Part shown: positions 49,401 to 61,032 of the stretch, one piece after another
Numbering within the stretch: position 1 is the first letter of the stretch
How the letters are laid out: every line of letters begins with the position of its first letter
Source: Dendrobates tinctorius
Taxonomy: Eukaryota
DNA: 64,000 nt
Reading direction: 5' to 3'
Assembly (NCBI RefSeq): GCF_039654945.1
Contig: NW_027361684.1
Span: 19,530,001 to 19,594,000 of the forward strand
The notes under the pieces: generated by a model
Told to the model about the DNA's origin: nothing
The model's database searches: none
What the model saw: only the letters and a program-made list of their open reading frames with translations
Made by a program: the position numbers and the translations under genes

Positions 49401-50686
49401 ACCAGGTCATCTAGAAAGGTGGGAACATCTTGACCAGCCAGCTCATTCTTAATTCTCCCCGACAGGCCCTCACAGAAGGCAGCTACAAGCGTCTTATTAT
49501 TCCAGGCGGGCTCAGAGGACAGGGTACAAAAACTGAAGAGGGAGGATGCTGTGGAGGAAATACCTGGCTCATCAAAGACATTGCGGAAGGCTTCTAGGAA
49601 AAGTCTAGAGGTTGGAAACTAGGGGATCCCCTGTCTTCCATAAGAGGTTAAGCCATGTGAGAGTTTTGCCACTAAGATTGGACATGATATATGCCACTGG
49701 TTGATGAAACCATGGCATTGTATAGAATCACCGTCAACTCATAGTGTACAGAGAGATGGGATCTGGAACCAAGGACATAGCCGGTAGACTGGAGAGTCAC
49801 AGCTGAGGTTTTCGGAGCTTGGATGGGAGCGGATTCGGCCGCAGAAGACAGCGTGTCCAAGTGGGTGCCCACAGTCCATGATTTTGATCTCCTGGTCTTT
49901 CTGACAAGCAACCTTCTGGTACAGGTCAGAGACTGGAAGGGACGGAGAGCTAGCAGGTTCCATGGCCTGAGCAATCTGTGATGTATGTAGTAGTGGAACC
50001 ACTGTGCCAAGGAGAGTCTGGAGGGGCATGACTAGGGAAACACCTCTTTGCTAGTGAATCTGATGGTATGGTTAGACTTTGCTTCAGATGGACGCCAGGT
50101 GCTACTACAGGCAGGCACGGCAGGTATACAGGAATGGTAGGTGCTGGAGGGTATGGTTAGTATACAGGAAGGGTCAACAGGTAATGGCAGGCACTTCTGG
50201 TATACAGGGCGATATGGCAGGTGCAGGCAGGTTCGGCTGGTATACAGTAAGGCACGGCAGGTGCTGGCAGGTTCTGTTGGTATACAGGCAGGAACAACAG
50301 GTGCTGGCAGGTATGATTGCAATATAGCCAGACACGGCAGATGCTGGCAGGTAAAGACAGGAATACTAGAACAGGGGTCTGTGAACTAGCAAGCATGCAG
50401 ACAAGCAGAGTGAACATGCTACTCAGGCACCTCCCAAAAGTTGGAGGTACCTTAAAAAATAAGTGTCTCCCAGCCATTGACTGGGGCACTTTAGGGCGGT
50501 GCATTCTGTCTTTTTTAAGAGACTGGGAGCACGTGCACACCCTAAGTTCGGTGCGTGAGGATCTGACAGACCCCGGAAGGCCCAGCAGCAGGAGGAATTG
50601 CAGGCCGAGGGCCAGAGCTGTGAGTGAGTCGACGTCCCTGCTGATGGAGAAGAGGATGCAAATTGCACATTGACGCCGCCGTTACA
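46430..50686 (-). mobile_element. Old, heavily mutated sushi-type Gypsy element; 5' LTR 49977-50686
   Basis: Gag ATG at 49963; protease YLDSGS; PPHRPYDC; RNase H RELLAIK; integrase VVDRFSK, FDRDIQF; many stops and frameshifts. Confidence 0.88.
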
Positions 50687-52383
50687 GATATGAGGATCAC
50701 ATCAATATTGGTAGAATATTGTAAAGCTCCAATTGATAAAATGCTAACAAGATAGGATATATTATCTCACCCTATACATGAAATAGCTTAGTATGATAAA
50801 TATATTGTGTAAGTTATACTGTATCAGGTGCATAAATCTGAGCAATTATATACACTGTATGCATCAAATTGTGTATGAAATCAAAGCTATAGTTATAGAT
50901 ATTTAGCATCATGTAGACAGTATGACAAAGTCTTAGTCATAACAGTAAAGGAGCATGGTGGGAAAGAAAAAGTCCACAAAAATGTCCACTTATGTCCTCA
51001 CCTACTGCAAAATGTGGTGTGAAACTCCAATGCGCGTTTCGGCATACTGCCTCCTTCCTCTTAATGAATCAAGAGTGCCTGACTCCAACACATCCCCTCA
51101 TCAAGACTGATAATTTTCACCTTTTTTTGCCATAATTTCCTGTTTGCATCCCTTTTCAGTTGGGTAACATGGTCAGTTCTAAAGTAGTTGAATGATATTG
51201 AAACTGGTTAATCTAACAGCTTTCTACTTATCACAGGCTTTGTGTCCAACTGTATGTGATAATCCTATTATTTCCTCCTGAAGAAGAAATAACACAACTA
51301 CCGTACTATGTACACTGCATAACACAACTGACAAGCATAACTTTTATGAATCTGAAATTTCTTTCCTGTCCATGAATGATTGAATGCAGGCTCGGACTGG
51401 CCCACAGGAGCACAGGTTAATCCCCTGGTAGGTGCCCCCCCCCCACCTCATCTATATCAGCAGCACAATTCACTTATTTCACTATGTACAGGTAAAGGAC
51501 TCATCTCATCATACATTTAAAAATACCCAGTTTATTATTATATGTAAGCATAAGAAAAATTGTAAATGGGGTAATATATTTGCTTGTAACTGAACAATGG
51601 CCCCCAAAGTCAGTGTTACTGGTGAGTCCTTGGCACCACAGTCCAAAATGATTGGATTTACTAGCTTTAACCACTACAAAGTCTGCAGCTCAGGGGGACA
51701 TCCTTTCCAAGAGGTCTTTTCTTAAGATATCGACAAATTTCCTTTAGAATTGAGTTCTATTCTTTACGTACAATGGTGGTAGATACTATGTAACACCAAG
51801 GGAACGCGATTATCACTCTTAGTTCTCCTTTGATTTTCAATAAAAGAATGAGTTCACAAAGATAGAAGAGGGCCCAGGTGCAAGAACAGATACTATGCAT
51901 GGTCTCTATATACTATAGTGTTTCAGACTGCAGATTTAGTTTATTAATTACATACAGAGTGACTCTCTTAGGTTGCACCTATTCACATTTGTCTTTCTGT
52001 TTGGAAGTGATGGTCAGTCTTTTGATATTTGTAATACACACCTTATGACTGAGCTCCTCCCATCAGCATATGGCAGTTTTAAATAGAGCTTGATCCTACC
52101 TGCCAATTAATTGTACGCTTTAAGCCGGGGAGAGGCATCATGTTAGGTCAGGGTCCCAAAAAAAAGGGTACACCTTGTTGGGCTCACATGAATTGGCCAA
52201 TTTATGCGCTGAGTACCTTCATTTTTTAAGTTGTTTTTTACAGCAGTAATGCATTTCCAATTTCATATACCGTATTTTTTGGACTTTAAGACAAGTCTGG
52301 CGATATTGTTACATGGCCGGTCTGTTCCTCTGTTACTGAGAAATCATAGTTTGGATTGATATGCAAATAAGGCTTAAGAGTTA

Positions 52384-52838
52384 GAGCCTTGTCACACATA
52401 GCGACGCACCAGCGATCCCGACAATGATATGACCTTGTCAGGACACGCGGGTAATAAGCGACGCACGTCGCTTAGTTACCCACTGTGTACCTTAGTTACC
52501 AGCGCGCTGGTGCAGGGAGCTGGTAACCAAGGTACAAATCGGGTTTCTAAGCGGTGCGCGGCACTTAGAAACCCGATGTTTATCTTAGTTACCAGCGGCA
52601 GCTCGCTGATCGCTGGTCTCCCGCCTGTCACACGCAGCGATGCGTGCTGGCCAGCGGGAGACCAGTGATCAAAAAAAATGTCCTGGCCATTCCAGGACGA
52701 TCAGCGATACCCGGCAGAGCGACCGGTCGCTGGTAAGTGTCACACACAGCGATCTCGCTGTGAGATCACTGTTGCGTCACAAAACTTGTGACTCTGCAGC
52801 GATCTCGCTAGCAAGATCGCTATGTGTCACCGGGGGTT
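52384..52838. mobile_element. Harbinger-type MITE
   Basis: gtcacacatagcga...tcgctatgtgtcac; related to the 43231 and 60093 copies. Confidence 0.7.
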
Positions 52839-53401
52839 TATTTGCAGACCTGAAGCCTCTGTCACTCCTGTTCTGTCCCCTGCCCAGCGCTGCCGCCTCC
52901 TACTTGACTGACAGCTCCTTTGCCTGCAGTTACACAGCATAAAGGCTGTCAGTCAAGTGGGAGGAGGCGACTGGGAGTCAACTCAGTAACAGAGGATCGG
53001 ACCAGCCATGTAAAGTAATTGCTGGACTTGTCTTTGAAAGAACTACAAGCACATATAAATAGTTTGGAGAGTAAAATGCTGCTGACAGATTCTGGTAATT
53101 ATAAACAGAATGGAGTAAGATGGGCTACATTTATTGAAGCATAGATGTCTCCTGTAATAGAAGCTGCAGGGTAGTGACGGGCCCTGCCATGTCCTATCTC
53201 CTTTTTAAAAAAGAAGAATGGTGTATAATTGGAAAAAAAAGATGGACATTATTAAGCAAAATAGGTGTATCCACAAAGTAGATTGATTAATTTCTCGAAA
53301 AGGGTATAGTCAGGAAAGAAAGGAGAGGTTTGTGGATGATTTCTGCGCTTGCTCATCAATAATGCGGCATATATCCCAGGTTGTCAACTGGATAGGAGTT
53401 T

Positions 53402-53444
53402 ATTCTACGTGTTTCAAAGTACAAAAGACTTCTTCATCAGGAAT
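53402..53444 (-). ncRNA. Minimal type I hammerhead ribozyme motif, inverted copy
   Basis: attc-CTGATGA-agaagtcttttgtacttt-GAAA-cacg-TA-gaat. Confidence 0.62.
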
Positions 53445-53470
53445 TACCACAAGTATGATACTTGTGGTCT

Positions 53471-53512
53471 TTCCTGATGAAGAAGTCTTTTGTACTTTGA
53501 AATGCATAGAAT
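53471..53512 (+). ncRNA. Minimal type I hammerhead ribozyme motif
   Basis: ttc-CTGATGA-agaagtcttttgtacttt-GAAA-tgca-TA-gaa. Confidence 0.6.
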
Positions 53513-55770
53513 AAACCACTATCCATTTGACAATCTGGGATATACATCTCACCATTGATCAACAAGTGTGGAAATCATCATTTCTTTCCTGGATATTGTT
53601 TGGTCATTTACTGACCAGTGGATCAACTGCAGCTGATGTGCTTTATTACACGCTATATAGATATTCATAAAAGTTGAGTGTAATTTTGATTTTATCACCT
53701 GTTATACTCCTCGGATAAGACTCTATGTTGCGCTTATCTCTCCTACAGCTCTGCGAAAAGTGAATAGTCACTAAGTTTTTGGATGTACATTTTTTTTACT
53801 TAAAAATCCACATAAAAGAAATGCTTAGGCTGGCATCACACTGTCATGATCCATTCTTGGATCTGTGGCAGAGTCTGGATTCTCTTTTTCCTTTCAGGCC
53901 CTTGGGGGTTAATATGAATTTTTGCCCCCAGTGGCCGCTGGTGTTACTACAACTTTAGTTGGTCGGCTGCTGGGTTTTCCCCCTCCGGTGTTGCTACATT
54001 TTAAATTAGTAAGCAGGTGGTGACCTCCCCACTCCTTCCTATAAAAGGTCACCAGCTGCTGCAGCTCCTTGTTGGTAATATTGGTCATTCATTAACCAAC
54101 CTTTCTGAAGAGAGGAGCTATCTGGAGCAGTGCTGTTGCAGCTTATCTGGAGCCTTGGTGTTTCTGCTGGAAACTGTGTCCGTGTGCCTTACTCTGAGGT
54201 CCTGTGCATGACTGCAGAGCAAGCTAAGTGTTGTTTCCACCTCCTCCATGGCCTGACTCCAGGGCCAGACTGGAACTGAAACTCAGCCCTGGCATTTGAG
54301 AGCACAACGGCCTACCCGCTGCGTGGTGAATGGGAAATATTTCCATGCACTTGTGGGTTATGGCTGATTTGGGTATATGTCACATTTTTTAAATAAACAT
54401 TGCTGTAAACTGCACTTCATCATTAACTGACAAAACTGAATTGACATAATGTCAAATGTAAATTTCCCTCCAGGAAAATGTTAATTTCTTTCAACTGGAC
54501 TAACAGACTTATTTGTAATAAAGAGCTCCAGGACCCCAAAAACACTATGTTTGCTAGCACCAGAAAAGTGAATGAGAGGTCTGAAACCTCATAGAAAAGC
54601 ACCTTATTTTTTCCTTGCAGATGTGAAGCAGTTTCATGTCTGCAGCATTTTTCTTCCATTCTAAAGAACAGGAAAAAAATCTCTTAAAAAAATTTAACAA
54701 TAGCAAAGTGATTCTCCTGCCAAGTGTTTTTCCTGCCAAGAGACACATTTTTGGAGCAGAAATGTCTGCAGCAAATACTTATCGTGTGCACACACCAGCG
54801 CCATTTCATTACCAGTAAACATTGCAGACTATGGACTGTTCTCTTTATCAGTTATCTCACTGCAACAATTATCTTGGACAGGAGAAAGGTGCACGTACAC
54901 TGGCAGGCTGCAGCCGGTAACGGCTTTCCACCGCTTTGTCATGTAACCACAAGTATGTGATTTCCGCAGTCGCAGTTTCGTGCTGAATAGATCCTCATCA
55001 TTTTCTCTCAATGTTCTGCTGAGTAAAGCCGATGACAATCTGGTCAGAATGTGACCACAATATAGCACAAATCACATTCCTGCAGTGACGTGACGACCGA
55101 CAAGCAGAGCCGAATCCTGACATTGTATATAGTGCACACGGTCAGTTACTCCGTATGCTGTACAGCTTGCTGAAATATTCCTTTGGGGTGAAAAACCCCT
55201 ATAATGGCTGTGGTTATCCTGGGTAAATGATCATTGATATCTTTGAAGAAATCCGATTTGTCGTTTCTCTTTAATCCCCATGTGAAGTTTTCTGCTAATG
55301 CGATTTCGGTGCACAGGGGCCGGACTGTGTAACTAGTCGGTGTTCCATAGACTTCATTGTTAAAAATGCATCCAGTTGAAACCATTTTTTTTAGCTGGTC
55401 AAAACAGTTGGGTCTGCACAACTTTTTTTTGTTAATGGATTGCTGCTGGATCTGTTCTAACTGATGATTACTGGACATGTGAACAGAGCCTTACATTAGG
55501 GAGTATCACTTTTTCTGTCCTTGGTCCATGGTAATGTCTTATCTCCTCAGCTCATTCTAGCAGCGCGAAACGATCGTTGTCACTCCTGCTCCCTTGCTTC
55601 CATTCTCCTGTTGAAGATGTACCAATAAAGCGCTAAATTACACCCGGTGAGTGCCATTCATTTTCTCCTGTTTTCATGTTTTCACCTGTTGTTTTATCTG
55701 GTATGAGCACCTGCAGGTCGGTAGTATTCGCTTGCTGCAGCTGATGCACAGCGGTGCGCGCTGTCCTTTA

Positions 55771-56180
55771 GGCTACTTTCACACTAGCGTCGTGCACTGC
55801 ACGTCGCTATGCGACATTGCAGCGCACCGACGCATAGTGTGGAAGCGCCGCACAACGGGGGCAGCGGATACTGTTTTTCATCGCATCCGCTGCCCCATTG
55901 TGAGGTGCGGGGAGGCGGGGGCGGAGTTCCGGCCGCGCGTGCGCAGTCGGAAATGCTGCAGACGACGCACCAAAAAACGTTACATGTAACGTTTTTTGGT
56001 GGCGACGGTCCGACGCAACCGTCGCACGACGGTTGCGACGTGTGGCAATGCGTCGCACTGCGTCGTTAATAAAAGTCTATGGAGAAAAAACGCATCCTGC
56101 AAGCACTTTTGCAGGATGCGTTTTTTCTTCAAAACGACGCATAGCGACGTGCAGTGCATGACGCTAGTGTGAAAGTAGCC
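55771..56180. mobile_element. Young Harbinger MITE
   Basis: TTA|ggctactttcacactagcgtc...gacgctagtgtgaaagtagcc|TTA. Confidence 0.9.
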
Positions 56181-56446
56181 TTAAGGTATCACAGCGGTGC
56201 GGATTTACAGTTTTCTCCTTACACTTGTTTATAAAATGTCTAATGTTGACGATAGTTTGAACTTTATGCTCCTAGGTCTTTTTATGTAAGTATGTAGAAT
56301 GTACATTAGAAAAATGCTTGAAACGCAATTTCCTATAATATTTTACAAGTAATTTCTTCTTATTTTTTTCTTTGTAAAGTGCCAGTTATCTGTCCAATCT
56401 TTGGATCTAAAAAGTGCACAGCCCTCCTGAAACACTAGCACGTTTA

Positions 56447-56794
56447 GGCTGTGTGTCCATGTTGTGTTTTTTTTAAGCGTTTTTGAAGCGTTTGTGCCGG
56501 ATCAGACACTTTGGAAACGCTTAAAATAAGCTTCCCATTCATTTTAATGCATTTTTGCATTTTAGTGCCAATTGATGCGTTTTTTTCCGCATAGGAAACA
56601 CTTAGCGGCTAAAAACGCAGCATGCTCATTATTTTCCGCTTCAGTCCGTGTTTTTAGCTGTTTCCTATGAGTCCAGAAGATGCACAGAAAAAAACGCATC
56701 AAAAATGCGCAAAAAATGCGCGGGAAGAAAACGGGCGTTTTCTGGGTAGTCCGGTTTTCTATCAGTTTTAAAATGCTAACGTGGGCACATAGCC
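56447..56794. mobile_element. Harbinger-type MITE
   Basis: TTA|ggctgtgtgtcca...tgggcacatagcc|TTA. Confidence 0.8.
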
Positions 56795-57238
56795 TTAATC
56801 TGTAATCTGTATTTCTTATGGAGCCTAAGGGAAGCCATAATGATAGGTGCCTGCTGGTAACAAGTGCAGTTATTTGCCTCTACAATGAATTACCAATGAT
56901 GAAAGGGTTAATACTTGGCCCGACATCAGTAATAGCCACTGTAGTAACAATGACAACTGTTATGAGGTCATAAACAAATGTGATAAAGAAGATTCCAAAA
57001 TAGAAGGATGTGCTGCCATGATCAGCGCCATTACTGATGCGCTTGAGGACGTTGAGCTTGACCACCCCACGTAATGTGCCGACTGTGGTGAAATTTGGAG
57101 GTTCTAGCAGGGAAATGGCTGTCTTCTTTAGACACCTCCAGGGAATGGGAAGGTAACAGTGGGGGGTCCCCAGCACAGGGTCCCCTTCTGCTACCTTCTA
57201 CAAAGAGCTGCTCTCCTTTGGGAGTTCATGGACGGATC

Positions 57239-57808
57239 TGTGACTTTAATGGGTGATAAATTGAGAGGGGGTGGGGATATTTATCCTATTAGGGGTCATC
57301 CATAACCAACAATCCTTTTAACTAAGTGCCCAAGTTCGTGAGTCTTGAACCTCTGGATCTGTAAGAAGTGGTTCATCCACCTGGGAATCAGATCAGACAA
57401 ATTGGGTCTACCAACCAATGTGGTGGCAGATATTGCAGCCAGATCTCCCCCACACCCGGTTATTATATTTATAGTCTATATTTGTTATGTCGTTCTCTTT
57501 AATTCTGGTAAAATGTGCAAATTGTGAAATTCTGCAGTTCCATCTGTTATATATCGGCACTAACTCTCTAAGCCCAAGGGAAGGGCAATCCTCCAGCTAT
57601 GGTTCCCTAGAGGTTTCCACCACAGGGGGTTTTTCCTCTCCTGAGTGCTGGGGGATGACTCTTCGTGAGTCGGGGGTTGTGCCATTTTCAGTGTCATGTT
57701 TATTTAAATAAAGTTGAGAACGTTTGACACCTAATTGCAAGGCTTCGTGTATTTATTTCCTGGGCTTCTATCTGATTCATACTATTTGGGAGTCGGGGGT
57801 CCGTCACA
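57239..57808 (+). mobile_element. Solo LTR
   Basis: TGTGAC...GTCACA ends; flanks GATC/CATC; AATAAA near 57707. Confidence 0.6.
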
Positions 57809-59105
57809 CATCACTGAGTCAGACGTCTGGACATTTGCCAGTCACAGTTTTGCCCCAGGGTTGGCCCTGATCTGGTGATGAAGATGGAGAAGAGGAGACA
57901 AGCATTATAGCACAGCACCTGCGAGTGTGCGCTCATCCTCGGAGTAAGGACTCACAGGATATCACAGGATTACAAGCAAAGACTCATTCACACAGTGAGG
58001 ATATCGGGCCAAAATTTACATCAGTATTTGTAAGATAAAAGCTAGAAAGAACAAACACCAAGAAGAATAACGGAATCACTGTCACCTCTTCTGTGTTTTG
58101 GATCCTCTCCGAACTTCTGATAAGAAATACTGATGTAGAATGCCGCCATGTAAGAGACGCCCTAAATCCTCACTGACTGACGGTGTGAGCTGCAGTGAAG
58201 CAGCGGAGGTTGGAAGTGTTAAAGGAGGTTTAAAAAACAAACTGTCCTTTCCTCACCCTCCCCAGGACAGACATATGGTTAATTTTATGATAAAAGCCTT
58301 CCTATCCACACCTTGGCATCTGTGCCTCCTCCTTGCCACCAAAAGCGTCCTCTGGCTTTGATTGATTGTAGATGACTTTTCCAGCGTCATCCACATAGCC
58401 GAAAGAGATCCCGGGCCTGTGTATTAGCATTGTCGGCTCATGCAGGCTTTGCCCTACTGCAGGAAGAGCTTAACACATAACTGCGCATGTGCCAGCAGAT
58501 GTAATGCCGGTGAATAGGTTCCGGTAAAAAGGAGCCTTGTATATACTACCTACCAAGTTCCCATTCAGTAAAAAGCTTATGTTTGAATGGTGGTTTACCT
58601 CACTGAACTGTCAAACATCTGGTTCTGACAAACCAGCCACATCAGTTACATGCAGCGGGGTAGCGATCTCACAGTACAAGTCCACACACCCCACCAGGAC
58701 CTCCACTTCAAGTAGCATGCCGGGCCGTGACAGACGAGTGCCTTGACCACGGCTACCGCCCCGCAGCACGTTACACATTTACTCTATGTGTGAACACAGG
58801 GTCAGAGTATTTGAAGTGTTTATTTTTTATGTGGATTTCAGAGCAGAATCTGCTCCAAAACCCAAATCTGAAAACTCCGTGTGAACGTACCCATAGAGAT
58901 TTCTGCCCCTTATTGGTGGAAGCTTCAACTGTTTGGCTGTTGCTTGATCCTCTTATTATTATAATCCAGTTATTTTACTCCGGGTCCAAATATTTTATTG
59001 CTTGTTCCTCTGTCATTTGATGCTTTATGCAAACTGGATAAAATCACCAGATTGTTTCTTACAGGAAAGATGTATATCTTTGTACCATGTTAGCCAGTAG
59101 ATAGA

Positions 59106-59251
59106 AAAATATTCAGAATTGAGAGTCCTCCTCAGTGGTTGATAACTTTTAATGGCTAACTGAAAAGATGGTAACACAGATAGTGTTACCATCTTTTCAG
59201 TTAGCCATTAAAAGGTATCAACCACTGAGGACTCTCAATTCTGAATATTTT
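59106..59251. repeat. Near-perfect inverted repeat (arms of about 70 bp), probably Penelope-derived
   Basis: aaaatattcagaattgagag...gtaacac-agata-gtgttac...ctctcaattctgaatatttt; contains agccattaaaaggtatca. Confidence 0.8.
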
Positions 59252-59954
59252 GCTCCTGAACATGAATTTTATTTTTGCCTTTTTATTTTAGCTGGTTTAC
59301 TATTCTGTGCTGATTAATTTCGCAATATATCTTTATAGCATTCAAAGCTTTGTTTTTCTGATACCAAGGTCTACGTCCTGCATTACCTGCAGTCACCACC
59401 AGAGGGAGCATGGTAGCCTACACATGGATCAAACACATCGACCAAACACAAAACAGAATGCAGCTCTCATACTCCCTCTAGTGGTGACCACCGAGAATAA
59501 CAGGAAAATACTGTGCACGTATGCAATGTTTTTTTAATTTTTTTTCAATAAGAAATATTTTTACATTTATTAGACAATTTTAACAAAACAGTATATACGT
59601 TCCATCACACTTCATTAAGAGAAGATCATTAACAAAAAAAACATCCATAAGTTCCATAACGTGATTTTTTTTATCTGTGATAACAAAAGGGTTAAAGGAT
59701 TGGATTTAGAGTTGAGCGAAATGGGTCGGCCAAATTCAGAATTCACCGACTTTTGCTAAAGTCGGGTTTTGCCGATCGAAACCCGACCATAGCGTGAGGT
59801 CGGCCACGAGGTCGCGGACTTGAGCACCAAAGTTGCGTTTCCCACAATGCTTCCTGCGCCTTTTCTCAGCCAATCATCAAGGACGCACACTGTGGGCAAC
59901 GCGATTACATAGGCAGCGGCCCCCACCATCTCAGCTCCTCACACACTACCGTGT

Positions 59955-60900
59955 ACCGGCTGGTATCACAGACAAATACATGCTATATGTGTGTGACTCC
60001 GTAAAAAAATACAAGGAGATTAACATTTTTCCATACATACACCATATAGAGGTGTCCGATTCTCAAACAGTATTGGATGTCTGCTGTTCTTAAGGGCATG
60101 TCACACTAAGAGATATCGCTAGCAATATCGCTATAACTAGTGACGTTATAGCGATATTGCTAGCGATATCTCTGTGTCTGATACTTACCTCCGACCGGCT
60201 CCCCCACTGGTTATCGCTGATCGCGCGAGAACGTTCAGGACTGTTTCTCGTCGTCAGCTTCCTGCGGCGCTTCCTGCTGTGAGGACGAGCGACGCGTGGA
60301 GCCGGGCGGGAGGACGCAGGATCGCCTGGTGTGACAGGTAAGTAGCGATCCCCGTCCCCAGCGATGTCGCTGGTGAGATCTGCCTGTGTGGCAGCTCACT
60401 AGCGACCACTTAGCGATGTACCAGCGATCCTGACCGTGTCATATCGCTGGTCGGGATCGCTGGTACATCGCTAAGTGTGACAGTACCTTTATTACGGTTA
60501 CATCTACACAGAGTCAGCGTGTGTGTGTGACATTCCGTAAATACATATACGGACATTTCCATTTCTCCATACACCGTATTGAGCTGTCCGATTCTCAAAC
60601 AGTATTGGATATCTGCTGTCCTTATTACGGACACATCTACACAGAGTCAGCATGTGTGTGACATTCTGTAAATACATATACGGACATTTCCATTTCTCCA
60701 TACTCCATATTGAGCTGTCCGATTCTCAAACAGTATTGCATATCTGCTGTTCTTATTATGGTCACATCTATACAGAGTCAGCATGTGTGTGTGACAATTC
60801 GTAAATACATATACAGAGATTGACAGTTTCACCAACAACGTATACAGCTGTACATTTCTGATACAGTACCGTATATCTGCTTGTTGAATTACGGTGAAAT
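59955..60900. repeat. Tandem repeat of about 130 bp (about 4 units) split by a MITE
   Basis: Repeated ...gtaaatacatatacggacatttcc...gtccgattctcaaacagtattgg... Confidence 0.8.
60093..60488. mobile_element. Harbinger-type MITE inserted into the tandem repeat
   Basis: TTA|agggcatgtcacact...agtgtgacagtacct|TTA. Confidence 0.85.
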
Positions 60901-61032
60901 ACATACTGGGTGAGTGTCTGTGACTCACAAAATATATATGGAGATTTAACTTTTTACATACACTTTACACAGCTGTACGCTACTCATACAGTCCAATTTC
61001 TCTGCTGGTATTTTGGGTACATTTTCCCAAAC

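Larger units (their letters stand above)
53310..53750. mobile_element. Penelope-like pseudo-LTR fragments in inverted arrangement
   Basis: Inverted repeat centred on 53457, containing hammerhead cores. Confidence 0.65.

Noticed and set aside
51028-51065. Hammerhead-like motif on the - strand (gaggaag...cgaaacgcg)
   Set aside because: The CUGANGA core is not intact; likely a dead Penelope remnant.
56880-57176. Membrane-like 98-aa ORF
   Set aside because: No recognisable family, no clear splice sites, and the opposite strand is also partly open.
59955-60900. Regularly spaced repeats resembling a CRISPR array
   Set aside because: Whole units are repeated with no unique spacers, in a eukaryotic context with no cas genes.
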